This document shows, one piece after another, positions 35,088 to 43,984 of a stretch of 64,000 nt of DNA; position 1 is the stretch's first letter; every line of letters begins with the position of its first letter. The translations under genes and the position numbers were made by a program. The DNA lies in sequence record OZ196593.1, one strand, 5' to 3'. Below the pieces are notes generated by a model. It saw only the letters and a program-made list of their open reading frames with translations. It was not told the DNA's origin and searched no databases.

Positions 35088-35208
35088 TGGTCGTGCGTAC
35101 TAGAATCGAACTAGTCCCACGATCTCCTAATGATATGCGTTATTGGTTGCTGAATACTTACTTGTCAGTAAGCGTATGCTACGTGTGCTGCCACTACACC
35201 AACGCACG
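35088..35208 (-). ncRNA. tRNA-Leu(TAG)-like RNA with a 47-nt insertion in the anticodon stem
   Basis: removing 35135-35181 restores CGATC-ATTAGGA-GATCG; ACCA end; 21-bp extended terminal stem. Confidence 0.75.
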
Positions 35209-35223
35209 ACCAATATGCTCTAG

Positions 35224-35378
35224 ATTATTTAATTTGCGTGCTACTTGCACGACGACTGAGCGAATTATAACTCAGCTAGTTTTTGTTCGAGAACTCGGCG
35301 GCTAAGCCTATTCACTGCTTGTCAGAACTTAGAACTGACCCTATGTTTTCATTGCGTCTAACACGCAAATTAAATAAT
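35224..35378 (-). ncRNA. putative structured ncRNA (155 nt)
   Basis: perfect 17-bp terminal inverted repeat; internal CTGAG/CTCAG and GTCAG/CTGAC hairpins. Confidence 0.5.
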
Positions 35379-35486
35379 TCTTATCTTCAGTAAAGAACAG
35401 AAACGATAAGACTAGTCTGTTTAATCAATAGTGTTCATCTTCAAGAAGAGGCGAAAACGATGAACTTAGTTCGCTTAATCAACTGT

Positions 35487-35625
35487 GTTAATCTTAGCAG
35501 CTTTTTCGCTGAAGTCAAACACTTTTTTCAAATTTCTTTCATCGAATCAAGAGTTTGTGTTGCTGTCTCTCGACTCGATGAAATACATTCTACAGGAAAA
35601 CAAAGCGAAGTCAACAAGTATTTTC
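35487..35625 (-). promoter_or_regulatory. two tandem sigma70-like promoters heading the RNA cluster
   Basis: TTGACT...TAGAAT and TTGACT...TAAGAT with A-rich UP elements. Confidence 0.7.
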
Positions 35626-35631
35626 AACTTT

Positions 35632-35883
35632 TTACGATTGAATGATAATACCGCTTTCCGTCTCACCGCGCTCAAGAGCTGCGTGCTTAATCTGTAGTTG
35701 TGCTACTGCTTGTTGAAGTTCTGTGATCGTCTGATCATATAGCTTCATGTTGCTTTGCATGTGTTTAATCTGATCGCTCTGCAAACCAACGATATAGGTA
35801 AGCAAGATGATGCTTTCATTATCTTGCAGTTCTTCACCGTCGTTGTATTTCTTCAGAACAGATTGAATTGTAATATCAGCCAT
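35632..35883 (-). CDS. coiled-coil hypothetical protein
   Basis: start revised to MADIT. Confidence 0.6.
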   Translation of the reverse strand: MADITIQSVLKKYNDGEELQDNESIILLTYIVGLQSDQIKHMQSNMKLYDQTITELQQAVAQLQIKHAALERGETESGIIIQS

Positions 35884-36331
35884 TGTTTTCAGCCCATGAC
35901 AAATCGAGTGGTTCAACGTATTCGTCTACAAGTCGAACTTCGGCTTCGACGAACAAGGGAGTGATTGCATCGTCATACGAAAGCGTGACGTGCGGAGTAT
36001 AGTCAGGGTAATCGTGAGTACCACCGATAGAGATAAGGTCTTCATGACGCGCTACAAGCTCAGGACATTTCATCTTCGCAACAACTGCGTGTTTGCCGTC
36101 TTGAGTTTTCCAGCAATCGATATACTCAATAGTTGCTACGAATGTCGTATCAACGGCAGGCACATCAATTTGATTGCGACTGTATAGAACAGTGACGTGA
36201 AATTTATCTGGATCTAAAGGATTTGCTAGACGAAGCGATGTCTGCAAGCGAACTAACTCTTGTTTACTCGATTCGTCTAGTTTGATACCAACGTACGTCC
36301 CCTGACCTTCAAGGAACGTAGATAGTTTCAT
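35876..36331 (-). CDS. 57B: 2H phosphoesterase gp57B (Acb1 family, anti-CBASS)
   Basis: FHVTVLYSR and YTPHVTLSY HxT motifs; WKTQDG; position next to 57A. Confidence 0.88.
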   Translation of the reverse strand: MKLSTFLEGQGTYVGIKLDESSKQELVRLQTSLRLANPLDPDKFHVTVLYSRNQIDVPAVDTTFVATIEYIDCWKTQDGKHAVVAKMKCPELVARHEDLISIGGTHDYPDYTPHVTLSYDDAITPLFVEAEVRLVDEYVEPLDLSWAENNG

Positions 36332-36600
36332 TATTCTGCTTCTTTTTCTTCAGTTGGTTCAGCAGGGCGTTCAGCCTTGCCAGTAAGAATCGCGATCTCG
36401 TCAACGTAGTTTTGAAGAGACGCTGCTTTCTCTTGATCGAAATCAAGTAGCTGTGCAAGTACACCCACGAATTGACCGAAAGACTGACGTTCAGCTTGTA
36501 GAGTTTCTTGAGTGTCGAATTGACGAACTTTCAGATCTTTTACTTGAGCTTGAAGAGTTTCGATTACTTGTTCTGGAGTTTGTTGTGACATTCTGTTCAC
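36331..36600 (-). CDS. 57A: tail fibre assembly chaperone
   Basis: small coiled coil (LK.R.FD..E) between 57B and gene 1. Confidence 0.7.
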   Translation of the reverse strand: MNRMSQQTPEQVIETLQAQVKDLKVRQFDTQETLQAERQSFGQFVGVLAQLLDFDQEKAASLQNYVDEIAILTGKAERPAEPTEEKEAE

Positions 36601-36601
36601 C

Positions 36602-37243
36602 TTAAATTTTTAATTGATTAATTTGATCATGTAGCTCAGATAGTGAGCCGTTATTATCTATTTGAATGGCTTCGGGTATAAACCCAAGCTCTGTGTCGCT
36701 AATGTGATTAGATGCCAGTGAACCGTTTCGGTTAACTTGAAGCATTGTCCCATCAAGCTCTTGTACTAACGCTAATTCGTTTTCGAATCGCACATCAGTA
36801 ATTATAAACTTTAAATCGGGTGTATTAAACACCAATTCGTTGTATTTGTTTCTAGCGTAATTGATCCAGTGCTGTTCGTCTATCGAACGCGCTACATCGG
36901 TGCCAGTCATTTGTAGTAAGTCGCGAATACTGAATAGTCCCGTATGCGGTAGCAAGCAAAAATAGACATAATCATAGTCAGCGTCTACGTTGGCGTACTC
37001 ACATGCAAGAAGAACGATTTCAACCGCTTCATCAAAAGTGAATGTTGGGATTTCTCTATCGAAGTCATCTTGACCATCTATATCAGCATATTCATACCCA
37101 TAGTCTTGAAGCCCGATAAGCAATCCCTCTTTAATAGGATCAGCAAATTTGTAAATGTAAGTCTGATCACTATGGGATTCTTTAATGACGGTTGCTACAG
37201 TATCTTTGCCTGAGCGTTTTTGTCCATTTATTCCAATTATCAT
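36602..37243 (-). CDS. 1: dNMP kinase
   Basis: IIGINGQKRSGKDT, FADPIK, RDLLQ..GTD, ITDVRFENE. Confidence 0.92.
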   Translation of the reverse strand: MIIGINGQKRSGKDTVATVIKESHSDQTYIYKFADPIKEGLLIGLQDYGYEYADIDGQDDFDREIPTFTFDEAVEIVLLACEYANVDADYDYVYFCLLPHTGLFSIRDLLQMTGTDVARSIDEQHWINYARNKYNELVFNTPDLKFIITDVRFENELALVQELDGTMLQVNRNGSLASNHISDTELGFIPEAIQIDNNGSLSELHDQINQLKI

Positions 37244-37339
37244 AGTGTTACCAGTTTAGTGTTGTTCATAAGCTAATTATACGCGGTTATCACCAGATTC
37301 TAAACAAGTAGCGATTTCGGCCCATTCTCTAATATTTCT

Positions 37340-37397
37340 AATATCTCGAATATCTCGAAGTTCACTAATACTACTAAGATGAGACGGAATTTTTCCG
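37340..37397. repeat. 58-bp intergenic repeat, copy A (inverted relative to 63298-63355)
   Basis: 55/58 identity to the reverse complement of copy B. Confidence 0.9.
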
Positions 37398-37430
37398 GCT
37401 CACCAATTCCTGCCGCTGACGCTCAGACCT

Positions 37431-37455
37431 AAAAAAGCCCCTGACGGGGCTCTTG
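37431..37455 (-). terminator. intrinsic terminator after gene 3
   Basis: AGAGCCCC-GTCA-GGGGCTTT followed by a T-run on the - strand. Confidence 0.7.
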
Positions 37456-37456
37456 A

Positions 37457-37987
37457 TTAAACTATCGGGCTTATAACAACTTCTTTGCCATCTATCTTGT
37501 GTATCATTTCAAAGTAAGCGTATTCAAACTCAACGTCACATGTTACGACTTCAACATCACCTGCTTCTGTATAGTTCCATTCAACTTGACTTAATGACTT
37601 AGGGAACGCATTGATAAAACGATACGTTGCTACAATCTTGTCTTTGTTGTTGTCTAGAATATGAAGCAGAAGCGTTGATGGAACTTTACCATCGGGATTA
37701 CTTGGTCCATTCGGATTATTCATCGTTAACATCCAACGATATAGCTCTGCGTATGTCTTGAGATCTTCATCGACTAGAAACTGAATCGATAACGAGTCAT
37801 AACTTGTTGCAGACCCTGCAATGTTGTTGTCAGCTAGTTTCGCGTATTTTGGACCTCTTGCGATACTAGCAACTTCCATATTGACACCTGGGATAGAAGC
37901 AGTTTGAATCTGCCACACGAACGTTTCAGTTGCGTTATTATCCGGTATGTCGATTCGGAAGTTATTCTTCATCGTTAAGTTTTTCAT
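37457..37987 (-). CDS. 3: tail tube terminator / tail completion protein
   Basis: NNFRIDIP, QTASIPG, YDSL.I.FLVDEDL..Y.E...WM, F.NAFP..LS. Confidence 0.85.
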   Translation of the reverse strand: MKNLTMKNNFRIDIPDNNATETFVWQIQTASIPGVNMEVASIARGPKYAKLADNNIAGSATSYDSLSIQFLVDEDLKTYAELYRWMLTMNNPNGPSNPDGKVPSTLLLHILDNNKDKIVATYRFINAFPKSLSQVEWNYTEAGDVEVVTCDVEFEYAYFEMIHKIDGKEVVISPIV

Positions 37988-39954
37988 TACTGCGATACCC
38001 TCTGTGTAGTTCCGTTGTGTTTAGCACCACCACCAGAAACTAATGGACTTGCAAAATTCGTTGTTTTTTGCTGCACTGAACTCACTGCTTGATTGACGAT
38101 GTTGTTACCAACCGATGCTGCGTTTCTAGCAGCTTCTGCCGCTGCTTTCTGCACTGCAAGGGCTTCTAGTATCACTGCATTAGAAACCGTCTTAGCGCCC
38201 GCTACACCCTCTGTAATCATACGCTGTCTTTCAGCTTCAATTGCTGCTTGTTCAGCCATTTGCTTCTTCTCAAGTTCCATTGACAAGAAGTTGTCTAGAC
38301 CTTCCGCCGAAGCTGCTAGTCCGTCAATTGGTTTAGAAAGCGTGTTACCAATGCTCTTGGCACTTTCAACAACGACTTGTCCCGCTGCTTTCGCACCATC
38401 GACTACAGCACTACCCATTTTCCCGATATAATCAGTTTCGTAGTTTGCGTTCAATCGTTCTTTGATTGCTGCGCTTTCGCCATCCAAGTTTTCGCGCTTC
38501 GCCGTCAACTTGTCTTTGGCTAATGAATCTGGTCTATCGATTCCCGGTATCCAGTCAATCATTTCAGCAGCCATTTCTTGAACACTTAGCATCATTCGTT
38601 CGATTGCGTTCATCAGCAACGCGAATGAATCAGGAATGCTCATGAAACTCGCGATGATCTTGTTCAAGTTGTTGACAAACATGTTGAACGTGCTCTTAAC
38701 AAACCCGACTACTTTATCAAACGCGCCAACGATTCCTTCGACTGCTCCCTCTGGAACTGCGTCTTTGATGTTGTCGCCAACTAATCCGAACCATGCACCG
38801 ATTCCGTGTATAACGTCGCTGAACCATTGAGATACTAATCCGAATAGCAATTGTCGTTTCTCAGGGTCCATGAATACAGATTTCAATGCACCGAAAATGC
38901 GATCAATCTCTTCTTCGAAGATCTTATAGATACCGTAACCTGCAACAAGACCGACTAGTGCAACTGGGTTCAATAGAACTGCAATCACGCGCCCAAGACC
39001 GAAGAATATCTGTCTCGCGACTGACTTCATCATTGTCTTAGCTACTTCTCCAAATCCCTGCTCGGCTAAGATTTTAATCATCTTACCACTGCCGCCAGTC
39101 AATTTACCGAATCCTGATAGAGCCATTGCAGCGAGTTGTCCGAGTTTGCCGAACTTAGTAGCAGCCGCTGCCGCTGTTCCCATCGCGCTACTGAAAGTCA
39201 CGATTTGACCACCAAGCATCATCAATCCAACGCCAACGATTCTGAACAACTTAGCAATCCAACCAAGTTGACGACCTGTTAGGTGATTCGCAATACGTTT
39301 TAGATCACTTGCTTGATTGCGCTGAACTTTCATGTTCGCTTTGTAGCGATGTAATTCAGTTTTACGGTCACGCGTGCGCGTAACTGTTTCATATGCGAAG
39401 ATCTTCTGATACAATGCGCTTATAAAGCCCACAGTGAGCGGTGAGTTATTACCCCGACCCGATGTTAGGAAACTATTCAAATCGTCGGCAGTCGTCTTCT
39501 GAAGCCCGATTATGCGCTTCATATCGTTCACTCTGAAGATTAAACGCTCGAACCAACGAGTGAACCCCTCTTGCATACGCATGAAACCGAGTTTAGCCGT
39601 CACTTTCATTTCTTGAATACCGCGATCAATGCGCGACAAATGACCTTTAAAGTCGAGTGTCGTTTTGATCACATCGGTCAGTGAAATGATCGACGCTCGT
39701 AGTTTATTTGATCCTTCTTGGAAGTTCTCGCCAATTCGCTGAAACAGTGATTTTTGCTGAATCGTTTGCTTTTCATTGACTTTGAAAACAGACTTCATCG
39801 TGTCGAGCAATGACGTGGTGCTCACGTCTATATTGGCGACGTGACGAGCCACACGCTGCATCGTGTAGACTTCTGGTCTGTCTTCTTGTTGTAAAATCAC
39901 ATGATCTAATCGGTTGATTATCTCTTGTAATTTTTTGTTATTATCAGCCGACAT
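37987..39954 (-). CDS. baseplate hub / tape-measure protein (gp29-like)
   Basis: 655-aa helical protein with hydrophobic Gly/Ala stretches in the hub gene block. Confidence 0.6.
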   Translation of the reverse strand: MSADNNKKLQEIINRLDHVILQQEDRPEVYTMQRVARHVANIDVSTTSLLDTMKSVFKVNEKQTIQQKSLFQRIGENFQEGSNKLRASIISLTDVIKTTLDFKGHLSRIDRGIQEMKVTAKLGFMRMQEGFTRWFERLIFRVNDMKRIIGLQKTTADDLNSFLTSGRGNNSPLTVGFISALYQKIFAYETVTRTRDRKTELHRYKANMKVQRNQASDLKRIANHLTGRQLGWIAKLFRIVGVGLMMLGGQIVTFSSAMGTAAAAATKFGKLGQLAAMALSGFGKLTGGSGKMIKILAEQGFGEVAKTMMKSVARQIFFGLGRVIAVLLNPVALVGLVAGYGIYKIFEEEIDRIFGALKSVFMDPEKRQLLFGLVSQWFSDVIHGIGAWFGLVGDNIKDAVPEGAVEGIVGAFDKVVGFVKSTFNMFVNNLNKIIASFMSIPDSFALLMNAIERMMLSVQEMAAEMIDWIPGIDRPDSLAKDKLTAKRENLDGESAAIKERLNANYETDYIGKMGSAVVDGAKAAGQVVVESAKSIGNTLSKPIDGLAASAEGLDNFLSMELEKKQMAEQAAIEAERQRMITEGVAGAKTVSNAVILEALAVQKAAAEAARNAASVGNNIVNQAVSSVQQKTTNFASPLVSGGGAKHNGTTQRVSQ

Positions 39955-40121
39955 TATTGTGCTTCCTTATTCTTTTCTTGAATATAATGAATTAGCTGTG
40001 CGGCGTAGATATCACGCTCGAATAGAACCATCGTTTCAACGTCATGAAGAGAGAAATTGCCATGAGTGATCATGGCAAAGTTTTCTTTGTAATACTCTTC
40101 AAGTGAGTATCCACCGAGCAT
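39954..40121 (-). CDS. baseplate hub assembly catalyst (gp51-like, 55 aa; absent from the ORF track)
   Basis: MLGGYSLEEYYKENFAMITHGNFSLHDVETMVLFERDIY read from the sequence; coupled on both sides. Confidence 0.65.
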   Translation of the reverse strand: MLGGYSLEEYYKENFAMITHGNFSLHDVETMVLFERDIYAAQLIHYIQEKNKEAQ

Positions 40122-40975
40122 TAGACGAAAAAATCTTCGATTCCTCGTAGTGTTACCTTTTCGCTGTTACCACACTTAGGGCAAACAACATCAATATGAG
40201 TAGTCAGACGCGGAACAGAATCGACGAATGTTTGAACTTTCGTGAATGTGTTCGTGTCAATCTCACCCATGATATTGATTAGCATGTTTTGTTGTTCAAG
40301 TTCTTCTTTGGTGTATACAACTTCGCCCACGTGAACTTCGTGAATCGATGCTACAGCGATGTTGAATAAACCCTCAGGTGTATTCGGGTCGTTGTTCTCG
40401 TATACTTTAATGTTCGGGTGTTTCAGCTTGATTACAACGTTGTCGTTCACTTTAACCGTGTCATCGCCTTTGAACTTCGGTACGTGCGCTTGATTCAAAT
40501 CAATGTGCGCGTGAATCTGCGTGCCGCATAGCTCTTTATCAGGCGCGAACACAGCTTCGATTGCTTCGTCGTCAGACTGATTCACGATTTCTGCAAACAG
40601 TTCATCGGCAGATTTCGCAAGCTCTGCTTCTTCTTCTGAGCTGATCTCTGCTAGTTCTTCTTCAGTTTTCGTTCCCTCTGCACAACAGTTATATGTTGCT
40701 TGGATGTTTGTCACACCGTTGCTGTTCATATACATGTGCATGAATAGAAATTCACCGTCACCGACTGTCAGTTCTTCCATTTTGATGTCAGACATGATGC
40801 AATTTTCAAGTGCTTGCTCGATTGCGTCAACTTTCTGATCTGACTCGTTCGCGATTAGCAACGCTTTGTGCTCTTTTGCAAGCATAGCGCGAAGCTTAAT
40901 CTCTTCACCCGTCGATGGTAGTTTAACTGTGTATTGTGGTGCTGCCAGTACGTTTAAATCAAATGTTTTAGTCAT
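40121..40975 (-). CDS. 26: baseplate hub subunit
   Basis: YTVKLPSTGEEIKLRAMLAKEHKALL; CPKCG zinc knuckle; LRGIEDFF. Confidence 0.75.
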   Translation of the reverse strand: MTKTFDLNVLAAPQYTVKLPSTGEEIKLRAMLAKEHKALLIANESDQKVDAIEQALENCIMSDIKMEELTVGDGEFLFMHMYMNSNGVTNIQATYNCCAEGTKTEEELAEISSEEEAELAKSADELFAEIVNQSDDEAIEAVFAPDKELCGTQIHAHIDLNQAHVPKFKGDDTVKVNDNVVIKLKHPNIKVYENNDPNTPEGLFNIAVASIHEVHVGEVVYTKEELEQQNMLINIMGEIDTNTFTKVQTFVDSVPRLTTHIDVVCPKCGNSEKVTLRGIEDFFV

Positions 40976-40984
40976 GATATTACC

Positions 40985-41725
40985 TTAAAAAAGACCCGTG
41001 ATTGCTTCGGTGCCCGTATTGTAAATGCTGTTATATGTCTTCTCGAATTCTTGCGAAATCTCTAGTTGACTTGAAATCTCGTTTTTAATATCTTCGGACA
41101 AGTATGTTGCGCTCTCGTACACAAATTCAACTTCGAATTCAGCGATTGCGTTGTTGTTTTCGTAGCCTAATTGAACGCCACCGACTCGTGTCGGGAATGC
41201 ATTCTTCAAGCTAGTCATAGTAACCATGTTCGAGTTGCGGTCATACGTGTAGATTTCAATTGTACGAGCATAGTTCGCCATGAATCCTACCTGTGCAGTC
41301 GCGCTAGTGTAAATCTGTTTGAACCAACCAAGCATCATTTTACGCTCTGGGTGAGTCGGTGACAGATACATTGTCATAGTCACTGTTTCGTCAGTTTTCG
41401 ATTTGACTATGTGATTTGGCGTGCGTCGAGTCTTATCGACATCAGTTTCGTACGATGACCCTGGGATGTTAGCTGCTTTCACCATCATCCCGATGTTGCG
41501 TTCGTACTCAAACCCCGCGCCAAACAGATCAATAGTAGACATGAACGCATCTTGAACGCCAACGCCCTTAACTGAATCAGTCGCAGCGTTGTACATTGTT
41601 TCGCCTGTGTTCATAACTTGTTTCGCTGTGTCTTGCAGCGATGCGAAACGCACCGCGTACAAGTTTTGACGAGCCAAGTCGTTCTTGGTGATTTGCGCCA
41701 AGAACTTCTTAACGTCAATGCTCAT
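40985..41725 (-). CDS. 54: baseplate tail tube initiator
   Basis: LARQNLY.V, KAANIPG, AFPTRVGGVQLGY tube-like fold. Confidence 0.75.
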   Translation of the reverse strand: MSIDVKKFLAQITKNDLARQNLYAVRFASLQDTAKQVMNTGETMYNAATDSVKGVGVQDAFMSTIDLFGAGFEYERNIGMMVKAANIPGSSYETDVDKTRRTPNHIVKSKTDETVTMTMYLSPTHPERKMMLGWFKQIYTSATAQVGFMANYARTIEIYTYDRNSNMVTMTSLKNAFPTRVGGVQLGYENNNAIAEFEVEFVYESATYLSEDIKNEISSQLEISQEFEKTYNSIYNTGTEAITGLF

Positions 41726-41727
41726 TT

Positions 41728-42324
41728 TTATCTCCCACGTCTATAACGATCATCGTAAGCACGTACAGCAGAAATATTACGACCATTTTTAGCAACGAAT
41801 TGCTGTAGAGGCATATGAATAACATTGAACCAGTCAGCAGGTTTGACTTCTTCAAGCGAGCCTTTAACGCGCTTCAAAATGTACAATTTAACCATGTGTT
41901 TGCTGAACTTCATGTTCTTCACTCGACCCCAGTCGATAATCAACTTTGTCTTGTTACTTACTGTTTTCGTGTTCGCGTATCTAAGTATTCTTTCCATGAA
42001 CTTCTCACGTTCCTTTGGCGGAATGTAGTGTAAGTTCAAACCGAGCATGTATCCCTTGCTAACGCCTAGACAAACAACGCAAGGGAACTTATCCCAATAC
42101 GGTAGTTTTGCTTTCGTCTTCGCGTCGTATGCGAATACATACATGTTTCCCTTGTGCGGGACTTGTACTTTTTTGCTTCGAATCGCATCATGCACGCGCT
42201 TCTTGAACCACGCTATTGATTTGCGCTGATTCTTCGCGACTGGCTGACGACCCATTTCATGCACTTGTGCTTTGAAACTTTGAAGCAAGCTTTCTTTTTT
42301 CTTCGGTGCGCCTGTTTTAGCCAT
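41728..42324 (-). CDS. 2: DNA end protector protein
   Basis: MYVFAYDAKTKAKLPYWDKFP, GLNLHYIPP. Confidence 0.92.
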   Translation of the reverse strand: MAKTGAPKKKESLLQSFKAQVHEMGRQPVAKNQRKSIAWFKKRVHDAIRSKKVQVPHKGNMYVFAYDAKTKAKLPYWDKFPCVVCLGVSKGYMLGLNLHYIPPKEREKFMERILRYANTKTVSNKTKLIIDWGRVKNMKFSKHMVKLYILKRVKGSLEEVKPADWFNVIHMPLQQFVAKNGRNISAVRAYDDRYRRGR

Positions 42325-42779
42325 TAGATTCTAAGTCCTATGAGTTTTCTCAAGCCATGCTCAGTGAGCACTTTAAACTGCCAGCCTTTTTGCTTCGCGA
42401 ACTTGATCGCAGCAGCCCATTTATCTTGATTGACTTGAAATGTGTATACCTCGTGAATGAGACGCTTTTTTGCTTTCTCAGTCAGTCGTTGAGGCTTCTC
42501 AGGTGGCTGAGTTTCTTTATGAGGCTTAACCTCGAAGATGAACTCGCGACCATCGCTGAACTTCACGTAAAAGTCCATAAAATATCTACGTTTTTTACCG
42601 CCATCAGCACTGCTCACGTACGGTATAACGATTTCTTCACTGTTCCAGCGAACAACGTCAGGGTTGTTATCGCACCAACGCATGAAAGATAGCTCCCATG
42701 AGCTGCGATATTCTATCTTCTGATAGTTGCCTTTGTACTTTTGTTTGTTCGATGGGACGAATTTTCCAGAATATGCCAT
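42324..42779 (-). CDS. 4: head completion nuclease
   Basis: MAYSGKF.PSN..KYKG, YRSSWE, RRYFMDF, EVKP. Confidence 0.92.
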   Translation of the reverse strand: MAYSGKFVPSNKQKYKGNYQKIEYRSSWELSFMRWCDNNPDVVRWNSEEIVIPYVSSADGGKKRRYFMDFYVKFSDGREFIFEVKPHKETQPPEKPQRLTEKAKKRLIHEVYTFQVNQDKWAAAIKFAKQKGWQFKVLTEHGLRKLIGLRI

Positions 42780-42847
42780 AAACGTCTCCTTTCTTATATT
42801 TAGTGAACTTCTAAATACGAGTATTACACATGAATAGGAGCCGACAT

Positions 42848-43984
42848 ATGTCTTGGATCGGTCTGACAGGAAAACAAACAAATACCGCTGAACGAATCTT
42901 ATCGATGGAATCGGGGCCGTCTGGCGGAGTAACAGAAACTAAAGAAATCACAGACGATGAGAAAGATGCCAAAGCTCAAGGAAGTAGCAATGTCGCGCTG
43001 ACATACCCCGCTAATCTTGGTGCAATGGGCGGTCATCCGAACTTCTTTATGTTTCGAGCATATGACATGGCGAGCACTACGAAGCAGCATTACACTGATA
43101 TGCGTAGCTCGTTCACGTCAAATCAAAGCGAACGCGAAAGTGCAGATAAAATTCCTCAAGAATTGATGGCTACCATCGCACTGTACGCACCTAACGTAGT
43201 GGAAGAAGTCTCACACGAGTTTGACAAAACGGCAACGTCTGTTTTCTCAGATTTCTTAGCCGATGCAGCAGCAGCGGTAGGTGCAGATTCGACGCAAGGG
43301 AAAGTTGAGGGCGCGGGTAAAGCGGTTCGAACTGGCGTGGGTGCGACACTAGCACAAGCAAAACGCTCGTTCATTCAGCAGAATGCAGCAGCACAATTGG
43401 AGAAGAATAGCTCAGTTGTTACCGATAACGTAACAGTTTCTTCGTACAAAGGTACATCACAGCGTCAACAAACATTAGTGTATATCTTTCACCCGAAATC
43501 ACTTGATGAATTGAAAACAGTCGGGCAGATTATTAAGACGTTCTACAGTCTTTCTCTTCCGATTAAGACGAGCATATCAGGCGATGATGTAGTCGGATAT
43601 GATGCTTTAGGTGCCGATGGTGCAGCGGGTTTCGCTAAGTATGCAACTCTTTTGAAAACACCGCCAGTGTGGTTAATCGAAGAAGTTTCAGATTCGAGTG
43701 CTGACAGATGGACGCCTCGTTTCATTTTCGGTCCCGCGGGTATCACGTCAGTGAAGTTGAACAGAACACCAGATCAATACTGGCGTACGTTCAGAGGCAC
43801 AGCAGGCGACCCGTCTGGCATTGAAATGGAAATTACGTTTACTGAACTTATTCCACTTGATCGCGCTATGTATCTTCGCGATGTCAATAGTAGCGTTAAC
43901 GGCTATCAAGATAATACAGTTCGAGCAGCGGGTGATAGTGAAGATAGCGGCAGCTTTATCGACGATGTTAAGGGGATTTTCTAA
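42848..43984 (+). CDS. 48: baseplate tail tube cap
   Basis: LTYPA.L, R.Q...Y.F.PKS..E, PPVW, GPAGITSV, ELIP. Confidence 0.8.
   Translation: MSWIGLTGKQTNTAERILSMESGPSGGVTETKEITDDEKDAKAQGSSNVALTYPANLGAMGGHPNFFMFRAYDMASTTKQHYTDMRSSFTSNQSERESADKIPQELMATIALYAPNVVEEVSHEFDKTATSVFSDFLADAAAAVGADSTQGKVEGAGKAVRTGVGATLAQAKRSFIQQNAAAQLEKNSSVVTDNVTVSSYKGTSQRQQTLVYIFHPKSLDELKTVGQIIKTFYSLSLPIKTSISGDDVVGYDALGADGAAGFAKYATLLKTPPVWLIEEVSDSSADRWTPRFIFGPAGITSVKLNRTPDQYWRTFRGTAGDPSGIEMEITFTELIPLDRAMYLRDVNSSVNGYQDNTVRAAGDSEDSGSFIDDVKGIF

Noticed and set aside
32603-35181. Group I or archaeal-type introns in the interrupted tRNAs
   Set aside because: Inserts of 38-49 nt cannot hold a group I core, and I see no bulge-helix-bulge; protein-mediated excision remains open.
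26361-35305. ORF-track calls overlapping tRNAs and ncRNAs (for example 26361..26615, 27020..27310, 31226..31474, 32726..33256, 35087..35305)
   Set aside because: Antisense to or overlapping clear RNA genes, with no RBS or protein-like features.
26200-35400. CRISPR array from the recurring CAGCAA motif
   Set aside because: The conserved part is only about 9 nt, spacing is irregular and no cas genes are present.
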